Positions 25,321 through 26,171 of a DNA stretch of 26,171 nt are shown piece after piece. Position numbers and translations under genes: made by a program. This DNA is from a virus (lineage: Duplodnaviria > Caudoviricetes), in IMG/VR virus record IMGVR_UViG_3300037349_000077, positions 1-26,171 of that record. One strand, 5' to 3'. The notes below the pieces were generated by a model. The model was not told the DNA's origin and made no database searches. It saw only the letters and a program-made list of their open reading frames with translations. Position 1 is the stretch's first letter, and every line of letters begins with the position of its first letter.

Positions 25321-25722
25321 ATGGTTCAAGCTGCTGTTACCCTTACGCCGATTCGCGGACATACGGCACCGCAAAACCCACTCGATACCGCTATCCACAA
25401 TGCAGGCCGCGCTCTGTGCGCGCTGCAAATGACGCGGCTTGTCTGCGTGGGGCGTCCCAACAAACGCGAAGCGGAATTACTGGTCAACGATCTGCTGGAT
25501 ATTGCGCGGATTGTCGATACGGCGCTGCTCGCCATCGGCACTGAGGCGCGTGACCACTTTGGCAATGACGTTGATCTGGAACCGTTTGCCGATCAACTGC
25601 TCGGTGCCTTGGATGGCAACGCTACCTATTCAATCTCGCAAGCTGCCGAGAAAGTCGATTCCGAATCCAACGCGGAATACCGCGCTGGTGCTTGGGGCGA
25701 TTATCTCCAAGCGGCGGAGTGA
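25321..25722 (+). CDS. Hypothetical early phage protein (133 aa)
   Basis: GGGGA upstream of the ATG. Helical acidic protein ending QAAE. Confidence 0.7.
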   Translation: MVQAAVTLTPIRGHTAPQNPLDTAIHNAGRALCALQMTRLVCVGRPNKREAELLVNDLLDIARIVDTALLAIGTEARDHFGNDVDLEPFADQLLGALDGNATYSISQAAEKVDSESNAEYRAGAWGDYLQAAE

Positions 25723-25727
25723 GGTCG

Positions 25728-25955
25728 ATGACCAACATTCCCAAAATGATTCCGGTCAAGTCCTCGAACGTCGAGGCCGTTGGCCACGACGCGGCCAGCA
25801 ATGAACTCCATGTGCGCTTCAAAGGCGGCGCGCATTACGTCTACGCCAATGTGCCTGCCGCTATTCACGACAGCCTTCATGCGGCTGAATCGGTGGGCAA
25901 GTTTATTGGCGCTCATATCAAACCCCATTTCACTCATCGGAGGTTGCCGTCGTGA
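25728..25955 (+). CDS. KTSC domain protein (75 aa)
   Basis: MIPVKSSNVEAVGHD....LHVRFKGGAHYVYANVP...LHAAESVGKFI..HIK. GAGG RBS before ATG 25728. Confidence 0.9.
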   Translation: MTNIPKMIPVKSSNVEAVGHDAASNELHVRFKGGAHYVYANVPAAIHDSLHAAESVGKFIGAHIKPHFTHRRLPS

Positions 25956-26171
25956 ATGTCCAGACCAGAATTCCTTTGCCGACTCTATTCGATGACACGC
26001 TGCCGGTCGATCACGCGCAATTGGAATTGCTTAATCCCAAGGCTGTGATTGGCGACAACCATCCGCCAGCCGATGAAGTGGCTGAGACTGTACCGGCGCC
26101 AGTCGTGGCTAAGGTACACACTGTTGCGCTCGATGGCGCGCGGTCGAATTATCTCTTTGTCACGGCGTTTT
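25952..26171 (+). CDS. Hypothetical phage protein, 3'-truncated
   Basis: GTGA overlap with the KTSC stop and GGAGG RBS. Open to the edge. Contains IGDNHPP, a motif recalled from alphaproteobacterial phage early proteins. Confidence 0.65.
   Translation, partial: MNVQTRIPLPTLFDDTLPVDHAQLELLNPKAVIGDNHPPADEVAETVPAPVVAKVHTVALDGARSNYLFVTAF

Larger units (their letters stand above)
1..26171. mobile_element. Podovirus-type phage/prophage segment: morphogenesis operon (- strand) and start of a divergent early-type operon (+ strand)
   Basis: Co-oriented, tightly coupled terS-terL-portal-scaffold-capsid-tail genes. No host housekeeping genes, integrase or att site are visible, so prophage versus free phage cannot be decided. 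Confidence 0.95.

Noticed and set aside
1-26171. Diversity-generating retroelement, suggested by the BPP-1-like structural genes
   Set aside because: No reverse transcriptase and no TR/VR repeat pair seen in this window.

Overview
The whole window is a tailed-phage (prophage or phage contig) segment. A leftward virion-morphogenesis operon of podovirus type (BPP-1/T7-like gene order) runs terS, small genes, terL, portal, scaffold, major capsid, capsid cement, accessory genes, a fibre-like protein, three tandem tail-tubular-A-like adaptors and a truncated tail-tubular-B/nozzle gene. At the right end a ribbon-helix-helix regulator sits back-to-back with a rightward early-type operon that includes a KTSC gene. 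An alphaproteobacterial host is inferred from protein style only. The most notable observations are: (1) the nonapeptide SRMYDH(P/A)SS at the scaffold C-terminus recurs, with different codons, in three adjacent unrelated small proteins, a candidate capsid-targeting tag; (2) an O-antigen-ligase/Wzy_C-like membrane enzyme and five proteins with Sec-type signal peptides, several fibre-like and Ser/Thr-rich, are embedded in the structural operon, a candidate export and glycosylation module; (3) a triplicated head-tail adaptor; (4) four 10-bp-phased repeats directly beside an excisionase-like HTH gene; (5) a probable overprinted membrane-protein gene. All family calls come from motif recognition by eye, and no database searches were run.
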